DNA of 64,000 nt. Origin: Lama guanicoe (taxonomy: Eukaryota). The stretch is taken from the NCBI GenBank assembly GCA_013239625.1, contig MU054117.1, positions 2,790,011 to 2,854,010 on the forward strand, read 5' to 3'. A program made the translations under genes and the position numbers. Under the pieces are notes generated by a model. It was not told the DNA's origin and did no database searches. It worked only from the letters and a program-made list of their open reading frames with translations. Shown in pieces: positions 12,048 through 24,335 of the stretch (the first letter of the stretch is position 1; the number at the start of each line of letters is the position of its first letter).

Positions 12048-12760
12048 CTCAGAGTCAAGGCTGCACTTCTGTAATCCGCTGGACCAGCGGGCACATAGCG
12101 GTCCTCCTTGCAGCCATGTGGCTGGAGCACTGGAAGCAAGAAACAGCTTCTCCCTGCCCACACGCTCCCCGTTCGGTTTCCTAAAAAAAAGTTTTCACAG
12201 GTCTCTAGCCCCCAGCACTCTAGTTGTTGGGCGCGGTTGGGGTGGAGACCTCTGTCAGGTTCCGCAGGGTGCACAGTGGCTGCGAGCTCCCCACCTCGGC
12301 CAAGGTTCAAGGCGTCCGGGGCAGGCAGAGCCTCGCGCGCCAGGCTATTTTTACTTGCCTCCCCCACCGCTCCGCACTCCCCCTTCTTGGCAGTTGCACA
12401 TGCCAGCTCTGCTCAAGGCATCAATGAAAACAGCAGTAGAGGCGGCTGAGCTCCTGGGAGAAAAAAAAAACCCACTTTGCACGCCTGGCACAAAGGGGGA
12501 GGGGCAGATCCAGCTGGGGCTCTGGGGAGGGGAGTGAGCCTGGGGTTCAGTTCTTCTCAGCTTCCCCTGGGAAGGGGAGGAATTCAGACTTGCTCAAATA
12601 TGCCCAATGGAGGCATCCAGGCAGCATGACAATCACTTGGTTTTCTTCCAGGAACTGGCTGTTTTTGGAATGAGCCAGAGCTAGTGCAGTACTTCCAAAT
12701 GTGGGGTGTTGTGGGTTTGCCTGCATTTATGGTGAGAGAGAGGCAAAGATGCCTTTGTGG

Positions 12761-12802
12761 TGTGCGTGTGCATGTGCATGTGTGTGTGTGTGTGTGTGTG
12801 TG
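12761..12802 (+). repeat. (TG)n microsatellite, imperfect
   Basis: Direct reading. Confidence 0.9.
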
Positions 12803-12989
12803 GTGGTAGTGCTCCTTGTTCTTAACACATCTTTATCAACCCCTGACCCTGTGCCGGAAATAATTACGTTCCCGAGACCCAAAGATGAAGACCCCAGGTC
12901 CCTGTCCTCATGGAACTCACAGCCTGGTGGACTGCAGTGCCAGCTAATCCACATAATTCTGTAGCATCTTTCCCTGCCTTTCGTTGGTG

Positions 12990-13200
12990 TTGTCTGCAAG
13001 TGCTTCATCTCGTTTCATCCCCACAGTAATCCTGTGAGATAAGCACAGGTTAGTATTCATTTTTCAGCCCCATTTTATGGGTTAGGACACTGAGGCTGAG
13101 AGATCCAGGAATTTCTGGACATCACCTGGTCAGCTAGGACAGCCTTTGAGCACTGATTGCCCCCACTTCTGATTCACTGCCCTTTGCCCTACATTGCTGC
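12990..13200 (-). mobile_element. MIR SINE
   Basis: atctcgtttcatccccacagtaatcctgtgaga...ccccattttatgggttaggacactgaggct. Confidence 0.65.
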
Positions 13201-13839
13201 TTCTAAAAAGATGCCATATTTGGATGGGAACAGGTGAGAGGGATAGGGAGGGAGGATATTTGGGAAGGCAGAGACGTGGTGTTGGGGTGAGCAAGGATGA
13301 TGGGAGAAGTGATCTTTCACAAGGTGAAGATAGGAAGATATTCTAATGGTTAGGCAGGGAGGAGAGAGTGAGGAATAAAACTAGCCACGTTGTGATCAGA
13401 GCCTCCCTCAACAAGTGACTTTGGAGCTGGGGTGGGGGTGGAGGGCATCCTGGGGGCAGGCTTGGTGGGCACAGTTGGAACTGGGTGGCCCCGAGTGTGC
13501 TTTCACTGCCTGGACCTCAGTCCCCTTATGTGTTGTTAACTGGAGTGATTCCCTCATGGTCTGGAGTAGGCACTGGATACAGGGAAATGCCGGACAGCCC
13601 GGCACGGGGCAAACACTCCTCAGCATCCATCCCATTTCCACCTTCTCTGGCTCTCTCCCTCCCATGTGCCTCTCCTCCTCAGCTGGGGCATCATCTCCTA
13701 CCCGTCCCACCCCTGTCCGCCTCCTCTCCCCCTCTGCTGCTCCCCACGTATCATCAGAAACCCTCTGCAGAGGGTCCTGTCCTACCCTCCTCAGCCCACG
13801 GTCCGTGCCGAGGCGGCCACCCTCCCTCTGCCCTCACTG

Positions 13840-14410
13840 ACAGCAGCCTCTGAACTGTTGTCCTTGTCTCTGATCCAGCCTCATTATCACCGCTCCATGG
13901 GCTTTCAGGAGCACACATCTGCTCATGATCAGACATCGCTCTGAATACACACCATGTCACCCTGTTGCTGGGATAAAGCCGGGTGTCCATAGAGTGATGT
14001 CTAGTGTCCTTCAATAACCGTTCCATGCTTTTCTCTGTAGAGACCAGCTTCATGCCTGAACGCCTTTGTTCATAGTGGTCCCTCTACTTGGGCTGCTCTT
14101 TCCCCCCTCTTTCTCTCTGGAGAAAAAGATCTTCCTCAACCTAGAGAAACCAACTCAAAGATTGCTTCCTCCAGGCAGCCTCCCCAGATCTCCACCCGCC
14201 CCCATGGAGAATGAGTGTTCCTTCTCCTTCTTATGTGTTCCTAACACCTGTCTCTCACTTTTCCTATTACAAGATAATTGGCTTTTTATATGTCTGTTTC
14301 TCCAGTTGGATAATGAACTATTTTTTTTTTGGCTGTACCCTGTTCTGAACGCTGTGCCTGACACAGAGTAAGTTTAAAAAGAAACTAATAAATATTGACT
14401 GAATTGATTC
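13840..14410 (+). mobile_element. L2 LINE 3' region
   Basis: ttcctccaggcagcctcccc, gtgcctgacacagagtaag and taaatattgactgaattgat L2 tail motifs. Confidence 0.65.
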
Positions 14411-16809
14411 ATGTGATGGTGAACAACAAGCACTTGAGACTTCTGAGTGTTAGTCACTCACGGCTTCCTGAAAATCGAGCTTCCTGTCTCCCACTCCTGT
14501 GCTGCACTTAGGTCATTGTGGACCTTGGAAACTCAAGATGTGCAGAGATTCCGGGAATTAAGGTGCTGCCAAACTTAAAGCGTGGGGACATGTTGGTTAT
14601 CAGTGTACCTGCCGAATATTCAGTCATTACTGCATCTTACTGAGGGATGTTCACCTGAATAGCAGAGAAATGGATTAATCCTGATGCCCAGTTGTGAACC
14701 CGGGGCCTAATGGACCCTTCTGAGCTGCTGCTGTCTTTACTGGTTCTCTGTGGAAGCCTGATGCATTATTTATGGTGAGGATGCCCTGACTGGGGTTTTA
14801 GCACCTCCAAGCAGAGCCCCTGGCGGGTGAGAAAACAGTTCGAGCAAAGGAGTCATTTTGGAGACAGTTTTTTGAATGTTCTATTGACTTAGTGGCCCAG
14901 GGAGAGAGGATAATTAGGGGCTGGGAAAATTCCTACAATAGGACGACGGGGTTAGGGATGCAGGTGGGTGCTGCCAGGTGAGTTATGGGGAACTCAGCTG
15001 GATTCCGACGTGGCGAATGTTGGTGGTTTTGGCTAAGGATGCCCCTGCTCAGGACTTTCAGCTAAAGCACGTTGTCCTTCAGCACAGAGCTGAGGGGAGC
15101 TGGAGGAGGCCGGCAACGGGAGGCAGGACCCTGGCATACTGCTCTGGGGTCTGCATCATGATTCTTTCTGACCAGCGTGGGGCTCTGGCTTTACTCTGAA
15201 CTCAGTAGGTACGCTGTTATGATGAACAAGTCGACTAACCTCTCTGGGCCTCGTAAGGCTGTTGTGATGATTAAGTGAATTAATTGGTGCGGAGGGTTTG
15301 CTGCGTGGTGAGCTCGCTCCGTGAGCATTCATGATCCCCCTCCCGCCAGCTCTTAGGAATCTCACCTGAAAAGTGCGACCTGTTTGGACTCTCCCCCTTC
15401 CTCGTTTCTTCAGCTGAAATGATCCCCAAACGTCGGTCTACATCACTTTTTCCTCCCTCAGCCAAAACGGATTTCAGTCCTTAAGTGAGCTCCGGAGAAT
15501 TAAGAAGATGCCCACACTGTTCTTCCCCCCTGGGAGACTTGGCTTTTCGGAGAGTCCTAAATTGGCTCTTGGCTGTCAAAGAGGGCGAAGCACAGCACTC
15601 CTGGCTCCGATGCAGGAGTGGGTCTCATCGCCTCTTCTGTGCTAACCGCCGTGTGAAGCGATGATCACATTCCGGCGTGGAGCATGCAAAACTCTGTGAA
15701 AACAGTGCTCACACCTTGGAGTCTACTGTGCCAGCAGGAAAAGAAATGCGCAGCGCGGTGCGACGTGGATTGCCAAGGTACCTGGAAGTGGGCTGGTACT
15801 GCGGTGCGACAAGAGGCGTTGCTGTGCCCTCGTGCGCCGTCGCGGGGAGAGGAGAGGAGGAGGGCGGGCCGGCAGGGCCCTCCGGAGGGTCTCTCTGTCT
15901 GTTCTTCCGCCCGGAGCACACCGGCACCCCCCAGGACGCAGCAGGCCCCGTGGTCTCTCATTACATAGCTTCAGAGAAGGCAACTGCCCCAGACTCCCTG
16001 GGTGTCTCAGGAGCCAGGAAGTGCCTTAAGTCTGAGCTCCATCTCTTCTACTGCAAACTGAGTCACCTCTGTTTGTTATTCTAGAAGGAGATAAAAGCTG
16101 TCTGGTTGCCCTTGCATTTGGGGCTGCATGAGGCGTCTCATCCTCTTTACTGGTCTTTGTTCCAAGTGATTCCAACCCTTTCCTCTGAAATTCTGGATTA
16201 GCTTCCTAGCAGGATTCGCCAGAGGATGCATGTCGGAGAAGACTCGCCCCTCCGGTGGTACCCAGCCTGCCGGACACTTCACACATCAAATGGCTTTTCT
16301 GCTTCACTCGTTATGAGAACTCCCTCAAGCATCACAGCTTCCTCAGAGGTGTAATGAGGGGCCCAAGAGTAAAGATCTCCTTTTAAATTGTAATTTTATG
16401 AGAGCAAAGGGCTTGATGTAGACATTTTCATCAAGTCATAGACTCTTAGAGCCGGATGGGCACTCAAATCACTGAAATTAAGAGATGGAGAAGCTCCTCC
16501 AGTATCAGAGTTCTTCAGTCTTGGTGTCAAGACTGTGTTTACTCCTAGGTCAGTGCCATTTCTAGCCTCCCTTAGCATCTAATTTATTGCTTTTACTTCT
16601 GGTGCTAATTTTCTAGTATATTCTGATATGTAATATGGAAAACCAGTGTTCCCCTACATAAGGTCTAGGAACTGTGCATAGCAGGATCTCTCTCCTTTTC
16701 ACGTGACACTTGAAACACTTGGGTGTATATCGTCTTGTTTAATGTGGGCCACCACATATTACATGTACACACACACGTCACCTCATGTACGCCATGCGTA
16801 ACACAGTGA

Positions 16810-16945
16810 GCTACATATTATTCCCATTGTGCAGGTGAAGAAACTGAAGCATAGAGAGTTGATGTCACCTGCCCAAGATCCCACAGCTAGGAAGTGATGG
16901 AGCTGGAACTCAACCCTGGTTTCCTAGCCAGAGACTCAGGATTTT
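16810..16945 (-). mobile_element. MIR SINE
   Basis: attattcccattgtgcaggtgaagaaactgaagcatagagag...gcccaagatcccacagctaggaagtg. Confidence 0.75.
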
Positions 16946-17407
16946 TCCAGTCTGCCAGGCTGTGAAGGCAGCAGAGGGGCCACAGTGGAAACTTAAAAGT
17001 ATGCAGAGACAGGATGGACAAATTAACAGGAGAAAAGAAGCATGGTGGATTTGTCTGAAACAAAGGAAAGGACACCGGCCCTGCCTTTCTTCCCCTGCCC
17101 CCCCTCCACTGCCCAGCCATCTTACTTTCAGTTCTCCATGCGCTGCATGTGGATGGCGGGGACCCGGTGTAACCTGTGGCCCGGACAGTCCTTGTTCCAC
17201 GATGTCCCCATGCCTGGTGTCCTGGCTGGGGGGCCAGGGAAAAACTCTTGTCTAACAAAGTATACTTTTTTGGAAGCTGGACCAAGACCACCGTGTTAAA
17301 TCTAGACTCTCATCCCCCTTCTTCCTTGGGATAAAATGAACAGTGGAGACTTCAGGATAGGAAGTCGGATTTTTAAGTTTATCTTTGCAGCTGTATCACT
17401 TGTAGCT

Positions 17408-17862
17408 TTGTTCGTTTTCTAGGGCTCTGCTAAGAAAGCGCCACAAACCAGTGGCTTAGAACAGCAGAAATGTACTGTCTCACAGTTCTGGAGGCCAGAA
17501 GTCTGAAGTCCAGGGGTCAGCAGGGTGGGCCCCTGCTGGAGGTTCCTGGTGGGGAGGGTCTATCCCCTGCCTCTTTCCTTGCTTCTGGTGGTTCCAGCTA
17601 CGCTCGGCGTTCTCTGACGTGTAGACGCAGCGCTGCCCTCTCTGCCTCCGTCTTCACCTGGTCTTCTGTGTGTGTGTGTGTGTGTGTGTGTCTTCCTCTT
17701 ATAAGGACATCGGTCGTACTGAATCAGAGCCCACCCTGTCCAGTGTGGCCCCAACCTGATTACGCCTGTAAAGACCTTGTTTACAAACGAGGTCGTATTC
17801 TTAGGTAACGGCCATTAGAGCTTCAGTACATCTTTGAGGGGGATCTTGATTCAACCCATAAT
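17408..17862 (-). mobile_element. MLT1 (MaLR) solo LTR with internal (TG)n
   Basis: ccacaaaccagtggcttagaacagcagaaatgtactgtctcacagttctggaggccagaagtctgaa...tcttataaggaca...attcaacccataa. Confidence 0.85.
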
Positions 17863-18629
17863 GTCATCCAATAGGTGCCCACACATAGTAGGCCTGAGCT
17901 GAGAATGGCTGGCAGATGGCACTGAATCCACAAATAGGCTCAGAATAGCTGTGAAGCCAGGGAAGGCGGTCTGTCCCCTCGGAGTCCCTCTCCTGCTGCT
18001 CACCCGCTGTCCACCTCGTCCGCGGGCCCCCCAGCGTCTCGGTCCGGCCTCTGTCTCTTGAGCAGGAGCAAATTATAGCAAGGTCTACTGTGTCAATGTC
18101 TGTATTTTGTGCAGGGCATGGTGTGGAGGGCTTCGTATGCATTGCCTTATTCAGTTCACAGGACAGCTTACAGAGCAATTCTCGGAGAAATGGAAACCCG
18201 CCACGGACGGTTGTCTCGACCAAGACTACAGGGCCAGTGAGTAGCAGCGTTGGGGTGCTTCAGAGCTGGGGTGCTGTGCTGCCAGCCGGGGCCTCCCTCC
18301 CCTCTGGCCTCCACATCCCCAGCCTGAAGCTTGCCCTCGCTTTCGCTCCGCACCAGCTCCAGGCGCTGGGAAGGGGCTGACGCACGCCCATGGTGGGAGA
18401 GGGCGGCCGGCCGGCCGGGGCCTGTCGGGCTGTAACCAGCTCTGCGTGTCGAAGCCCCACGTCAGTCCCGGGGACTTGCTTTGCGGCTGCCGGAGAAATG
18501 ACCGTGGCAGCCCTGTGAACCCATTCCGCGCTCCTGTGATGGGCCGTTCTGGAGGACGGGGGCGAGGACTTTCTCAGCACCTTTCAGACAATGAAGCTAC
18601 GTGGGTTCCTGGCTTTGGGACCTGAGAGT

Positions 18630-18850
18630 TTTGTGCGGAGATTGGGGCTCCTGCCTGGGTGCAGACAGACCTCAGATCGGCTGCGTCCTCTGTGCACAAG
18701 TTACGCCGTCATCTGTGCCCCGTTTCGTCACCTGTGATATGCTGGTACAGCTTTATCCCACAGAGCTGTTACAAGGGTTAAATGAGGGACTTCACATAAA
18801 ACAGATGTCGGCACACAGTAAATACGCAGGAAAGATGAGCTCTGCTTTAT
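18630..18850 (+). mobile_element. MIR SINE
   Basis: tctgtgccccgtttcgtcacctgtga...gggttaaatgag...ggcacacagtaaata. Confidence 0.6.
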
Positions 18851-20499
18851 AATCTGGGCTTATCCGGCGCTGTCCCAGAGGGGTCGGGGCCCAGATGGGG
18901 AAAGAGCCTCCCCTGGTGATGTCGTGGGATCACCGACTCCATTCTTCTCAGGAGGGACGGTGTTCTCTGTGCCCTGTGGGCTGGCCTGCCCCCTCCATGC
19001 ATGCACTCTGCCCTGGGGTCTGGAACTCCGGTGTTCGCGATGTCTGCAGATGAAGACAAAACCTCATGGAGCCCCTACGGCTGGGACAGAAGTAGGGGGG
19101 ACAGAAGGGCACCCCCTGCAGACCTCGCTGGCCTCCCTGGGCCCCTCGCAAGCCCTGCTGCTGGAACGAGGGCGACTCCTGCTGGTCGACAACTGGGTAG
19201 ATGGACCACTTCCCCACGTTTCCACAGGGGAAACTGATGCAGGGCGGGAGGAGAGAGGGGACAGAGATGTTGCAGGCTCATGGGGGCACGTCAGGTGTTT
19301 AACCATCAAGGTAAAAGCCCCGTCTTCTCGGCCGCGAGTCCCGTGAAGCGCATTCACCGGGCATGGGCCAGCTCAGGTGGAACCGGCTAACGGCGCTCTG
19401 AACGGAACGGCTGTTAGCAAATTCCTCAGTTGGGGCCCCATGTGGGCCATGTCTTGTTAGCTGAAGTGAAGGGACGTGGTGGCCTTTCCAGGCCAGTCCT
19501 GCCAGAAAACGAAGGACGGCGGTTCCCACCAACGCATTCGCTCCACGGGTTCCATCTCCCCGCGGCGGGCAGCTAGGACAGCGCTCCTCCAAGGAGACGC
19601 GGTCAGAGGGCCCCACAAAATGACCGCGGCGCATCAGAGCGCAGGCAGGCGCCTAGTTGAGGACTGCCCTCTAATAATGTGCGTTAGTGCAGCTCTGCCT
19701 TCAGGTGCCTCGCAGGAAACGGATGAATGTTTATGGAATGAGTAAAGGAAATAAACCTGCGTGGGGCCCGTATCCCACGCCAACTTCTGTCTGCTGGAAA
19801 GTCTCCCTGCTCCCCATTCTCCGTTCTCTGGAACGAGAGCTGTGGTCCCAGGATGCAGGAGGGGAGCGTTTCGGAGTCAGCCTGTTTTAAGCCTCATCCT
19901 CAATCCTGCGGGGTTAGAACCTGTTTTACAGTCCACGAGGATTAAGCACGATTACGGGATACGGCAGAGAAAAGAAGCTTGGCGAACGTTCTCTTCTTTT
20001 TCCTCCTGCTGTAAGTTAAGGTTTACTTGCTCAGCGTTCGCTTTGGGGGTTTAGGGGCAAATCTACAGTTCACACTGAAGAGTCCTTTCTGGTTTCCTTG
20101 CGAGGAGCGGCCAGCGACCTCGTCCCGGCTGCAGGGTGGCAGGCGTGTCTTTGTGTGGGGGCGCGCACGCACACCTGGGGCTGGGGCTCCGGCGCGCAGA
20201 AGCACGTGCTCGCCCGTGTATGTGCTTGCCGCACGTGGTCTGCGGTGCCTAACGGGTAACACGCAGAGAGGCACACAGTTAACTCTGAGCCCGGAGCTCC
20301 TGGGGTAGCTGCGGGGTCTGATGCCTCAACGTGTTTTACGTGGGGCACATGGGAGGTGGGGCTCTTTGACGGATCTGAGGGTCAGGGTCAGGACGATTAG
20401 CAGCCCTGGCTTTGCAGCTGATGCACAAAATTTGTTACGTAACTCGGGGGCCGGCCCTCCTTCCTCTCTGCTCTGCGTGCTCTCTGGGCATCTCATTGC

Positions 20500-21415
20500 C
20501 TCTCTCGGCTTCCTTACTGCTGGGTGCGCTGACGACCCAGACTGTGAGCTGCAGCCCAGACCTCGTCCCCGGGCTTGGACCGTCTGTCTGGCTGCCCCCA
20601 GGGCACCTCCACTCAGGCGCCTCACAGGGACCTCAGGCTCATCAGGGCCCCTCTGGGGTGTCACCTCTTCCCTCCCTCTGCCCTCCTCCTGCTGCTCCTT
20701 GTCTTCCTGGGTGTGGGCACCAGAGGCACAAGCCCCCGCTCCTCTCTCCCGTCTCCGCAGCGAAGCCTGGCAATTTTGCCTCCCACGGGCTTGTCCTCTG
20801 CCCTGAATTTGTCCTCGTCTTTTGGGTCCTACTTCTGCCGTCCTGGGCACCTGCATCTCTTGTTGGGAGCTCTGCAGTCACCTCCTGGATGCACTCCCCA
20901 CCCCCAAACCCCCTGGCTCTGATCTGTTCTCACAGTGGCACGAACGCACCTTCTGAAGTGGAGACCTGACTGTGTGTCTCCCCTCCTTAAACGCCGTCAG
21001 TGGCTTTTCCCTTGTCGTAGGAGAAGGACCCACCTCCTTGCGTGGCTTAGATGGCTCTGCAAGCTCACACTCCTGGGCACTGTTCTTAGGTCCCTCCCCT
21101 CCGCTCCAGCTACACCCACCCACTTCCCTCCCCTCATCACCTCCTACTCTTCCTTCACGTCTCAGCTTAGACGTCACCTCTTCCAGGAAGCCTTCCCTGA
21201 TTCCACCCCCTTACCTAAATCAATCTTAGTTCTCCCTCCTATGTGATGCTGTGGTTAGTACCTGTGCATCCTCTGTCGTAGCACGTATCACACTGTACCT
21301 ATTTGCTGATTTCCTCGTCTGTGAGTCTACCATAAACTTTGAGAGGGCAGGGGCTCTGTGCTGTTCACCGTCGAATCCCAGCCCCTAGCACGGTGCCTGG
21401 TACCTATTAGAGGGT
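20500..21415 (+). mobile_element. L2 LINE remnant
   Basis: gtctcagcttagacgtcacctcttccaggaagccttccctga...gagggcagggg...cccagcccctagcacggtgcctgg. Confidence 0.7.
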
Positions 21416-23599
21416 TCAGACCTTTTGTTCTAGGAATGGTCATTGTGACCCGTACCTTTCCCGCAAGAAGAATGTTCTGTGGACGCTGGTGTTTCAGTCA
21501 ATGTCTGCTCCTCCCTTCCTTCCACACCGGCTGCGACTGTTGGTCACATGGGACCCACTGCAAGAGGCAGCCTCTGAGGTCACCGCCATCACCCCCTAAC
21601 CCCACGCCAGGCGGTGGGTGAGCTGCCCTACGCTGCCGAGGGACGGAGGCAGGACAGCAGAGAGAAGGTTTATAGTCATTGCAAACTGGCTAAGAGGGAA
21701 TTTTCAGATAAACACGGGCGTAAGTTTAATACCCTCCTGAACAGGCAAGACTTAATTCTCAGAAAGGGTTGGGGGGTACTGTCAGGGCCTTGCCTGGGGC
21801 CGTGGGAGTTCCCAGCACTCCTGCAGTGGGAAGAGGAGGGAGAGACCACGGAGGCTCCCCTAAAAGCCCCACTCAAGGCAGGGGAGTTTGGGGGGTTTGT
21901 ATCAGCCAATGTATTTTTCCTCACTAGGCCCGATGCTTCCATCACTGGCTGATGTGGGCAGGAGGCCCGGGCGGGGTGGGGAGGAGGGCCTGGACAGGGA
22001 TCTGAGCAGCCCTGAGGCTCCTGCCCCGGGGCCGGTGCTCTGCAGGGGGGTGCGACTCCTGGCCCAGCTTCTCTGAGCCTCCTTTCTTCGGGGTTGTCTT
22101 AGGCTGGCTCTGTCATTCACCCTTCTATTTATAAGGTTAAAAAAAGATGTTCCAGATTCTAGGAGGTAAAGAAAACCAAACCTGTGGCTTGGGCTCCCAG
22201 TGGAGCAGGGCCCTGGGACTCTGTTCCTCAAGGCCAGCTCTGGTGGCTTTTCTTGGGGGGTCTCTGGAGCTCCGCCCAGCCTGCGCCCCCCTCCCTGTCT
22301 TCTTCCAGCTCTGCTTCGGGATCAGAGGTCACTGTCTCGGAGCCCTCAGACCCGTCCCCTCCCCCTGCAGTGCACCACACACAACCTGGTCAGGACAGCC
22401 GGACTCCATCCTGAGTGCCAAGGAGACTCAGCCTTCCTTGATCATCCACGCTGGACCCCCAGGGGACCCCAGGTAGCACGGGAGGAGCAGGGAACCAGGA
22501 GGCAGACCCTATGGCCCTGAGTCTGCTGCCCTCTGCCCTCTGCCTCTCAGTCACCCGTAAGAAAAACCCATGAGTTGGTCCTAATCTAGGGCACCTGATG
22601 GGGCGCCCCTGAACTACATGGAGACCGTGGGCGCAGGGACATTCAGAAAGTGGGGGAGTCATCGACTTTGCTGAGCTTCCGCTGCTGTCCCGGGTGCCTC
22701 TCAGCACGATGTCATGCCCGTTGCCCCTTACTGAGCTGTCGGTGGAGCCGGAGACAGCACATCGCCATCATCCCTGGCTTCCCCTTCCAGACATGCCCAC
22801 GTGCGCTAAATCCATGCTGTTGACACAGGAGATGCTTTCCCCTCTAGGTGGCAAATGGCATAGAAGGTGGAGGTTTAGGGAAAAGCAAAAATGTGCTGTC
22901 AGTCTGGGCTTGTGGGGAGCTGACCTCTTCTCGGGTCCTGACTTGCACAAAGGGCGGGAGGGGAGGCAGCTCGCAGGCAAGTGTTTATCCGGGGAGAACG
23001 GACCTTCCTCGAGACACTCTGTCTCCACTTCTGCCCTCCGCCTGCCAGCCTGGTCTCCTCGCTTTCCTGGTCCCGGGCTTCCATGCTGCTGAGAGGAATG
23101 GCTTTTCTTTTTCAGGCAGGAGAGATGTGAAGGGATCACAGCTCAGGTGGTGGGGGAAGCAGCCCCAGCTCCTTGGCCCCAGAGCCTGGATGTTGGAGAG
23201 GATCCCTCCTCGGGCGGCTGCTCTGCTGGACCGGGCACTTGATGTAGAACTTGACTCGGTGTCACGGGGTCAGCCTGTTCCAAATGAGTAGCGGGGAGAG
23301 GAAAAGAAAGGGAAGGTCTGAGTTTCAGTTCTGCGTTCTCCAGTGTGCGTGGCTGGACCATTGTCTCTAAAGTGCTGGGAGCTGGCTTATCTCCTGGGAT
23401 CCAGGCCCAGCCAGGATGCTGCATTCCGTTAGTACCATGGCTGGTGCCAGCAGCCGAGCTCCACGCCGGGAGCCTGGAGGAGGGGCGATCCGACAGCCGT
23501 CCCTGCAGTCACCATCCTCTGGCATCGTCCTGCTGCCGGCCGTGGGGGCTCCCTCGTCACCCACTGCAGAGCGCTCCGATTTCACCCAGTTCAGCAGCA

Positions 23600-24335
23600 A
23601 CGTTAGCCGCCGTCGGCCGTTTTGTTTTCCTGGACAGCCCCTCCTCTTCGGGCTCCGGACGCCTCCTTTCTCCCGCCTCTCCCCCCCCTCGGAGCGTTCT
23701 CTCTCCAGCCCTCCTGTGGACCCTTCTTCCTTCCACCTCTTAGTGACGCTGTCCCCCGCTGCCTTCCCGTCCCTCGATGGCCTCATCCTCTTCCACGTCT
23801 TGTGATGTCCACACCCGCACTTCTGGCTGGGTTCCTCTTCCTCAGTGTCTGGCCGGCTCTTCCAGTCCAACGTGACCCCCACCAAGCCCTCCGCCCCGTC
23901 CTCCCTCCTTGCTCGCTCAGCTGTGCCCCCCACCCCCCAGCCTGTGTGTGCCTGTCGCCAGGAAGGGCACTGCCGTTCTCGCCTTCCCTCCAGCCAGAGT
24001 CAGGAGCCCTCCTGGGGACTCCCTCCCGCTCGCCTCTCCCACCCCAATCCCAGAGCCAGGAGCCCTCCTGGGGACTCCCTCCCGCTCGCCTCTCCCACCC
24101 CAGTCCCAGAGGATTTATAACAGGACCTGCCAGTTCTGCTTCCTTCCCATTGCTGACTTCCACCTCCTCCTCCTTATCCCACTGCCTTAGAACAAACCTC
24201 GCTGTCTGTGGTCGGGGCCACTGCACCTGGCTGCCCAGCCTCTGCTCCCGCCCGTGCCGGCCCATCTTCTCCACAGCAGCACGATGCCCGTGCTACAGAG
24301 ACCTCAGTAAATGCTGGTTGAACAAATGAATGAGT
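23600..24335 (+). mobile_element. L2 LINE remnant
   Basis: Pyrimidine-rich L2-like body ending ctcagtaaatgctggttgaacaaatgaatga. Confidence 0.55.
23994..24111 (+). repeat. 56-bp tandem duplication (2 copies plus CCAGAG)
   Basis: Units start at 23994 and 24050, with 2 mismatches. Confidence 0.95.

Noticed and set aside
22681..22701. Additional RE1-like match on the minus strand
   Set aside because: Only 13/21 and lacks the TCA of the TCAGCACC half; chance level
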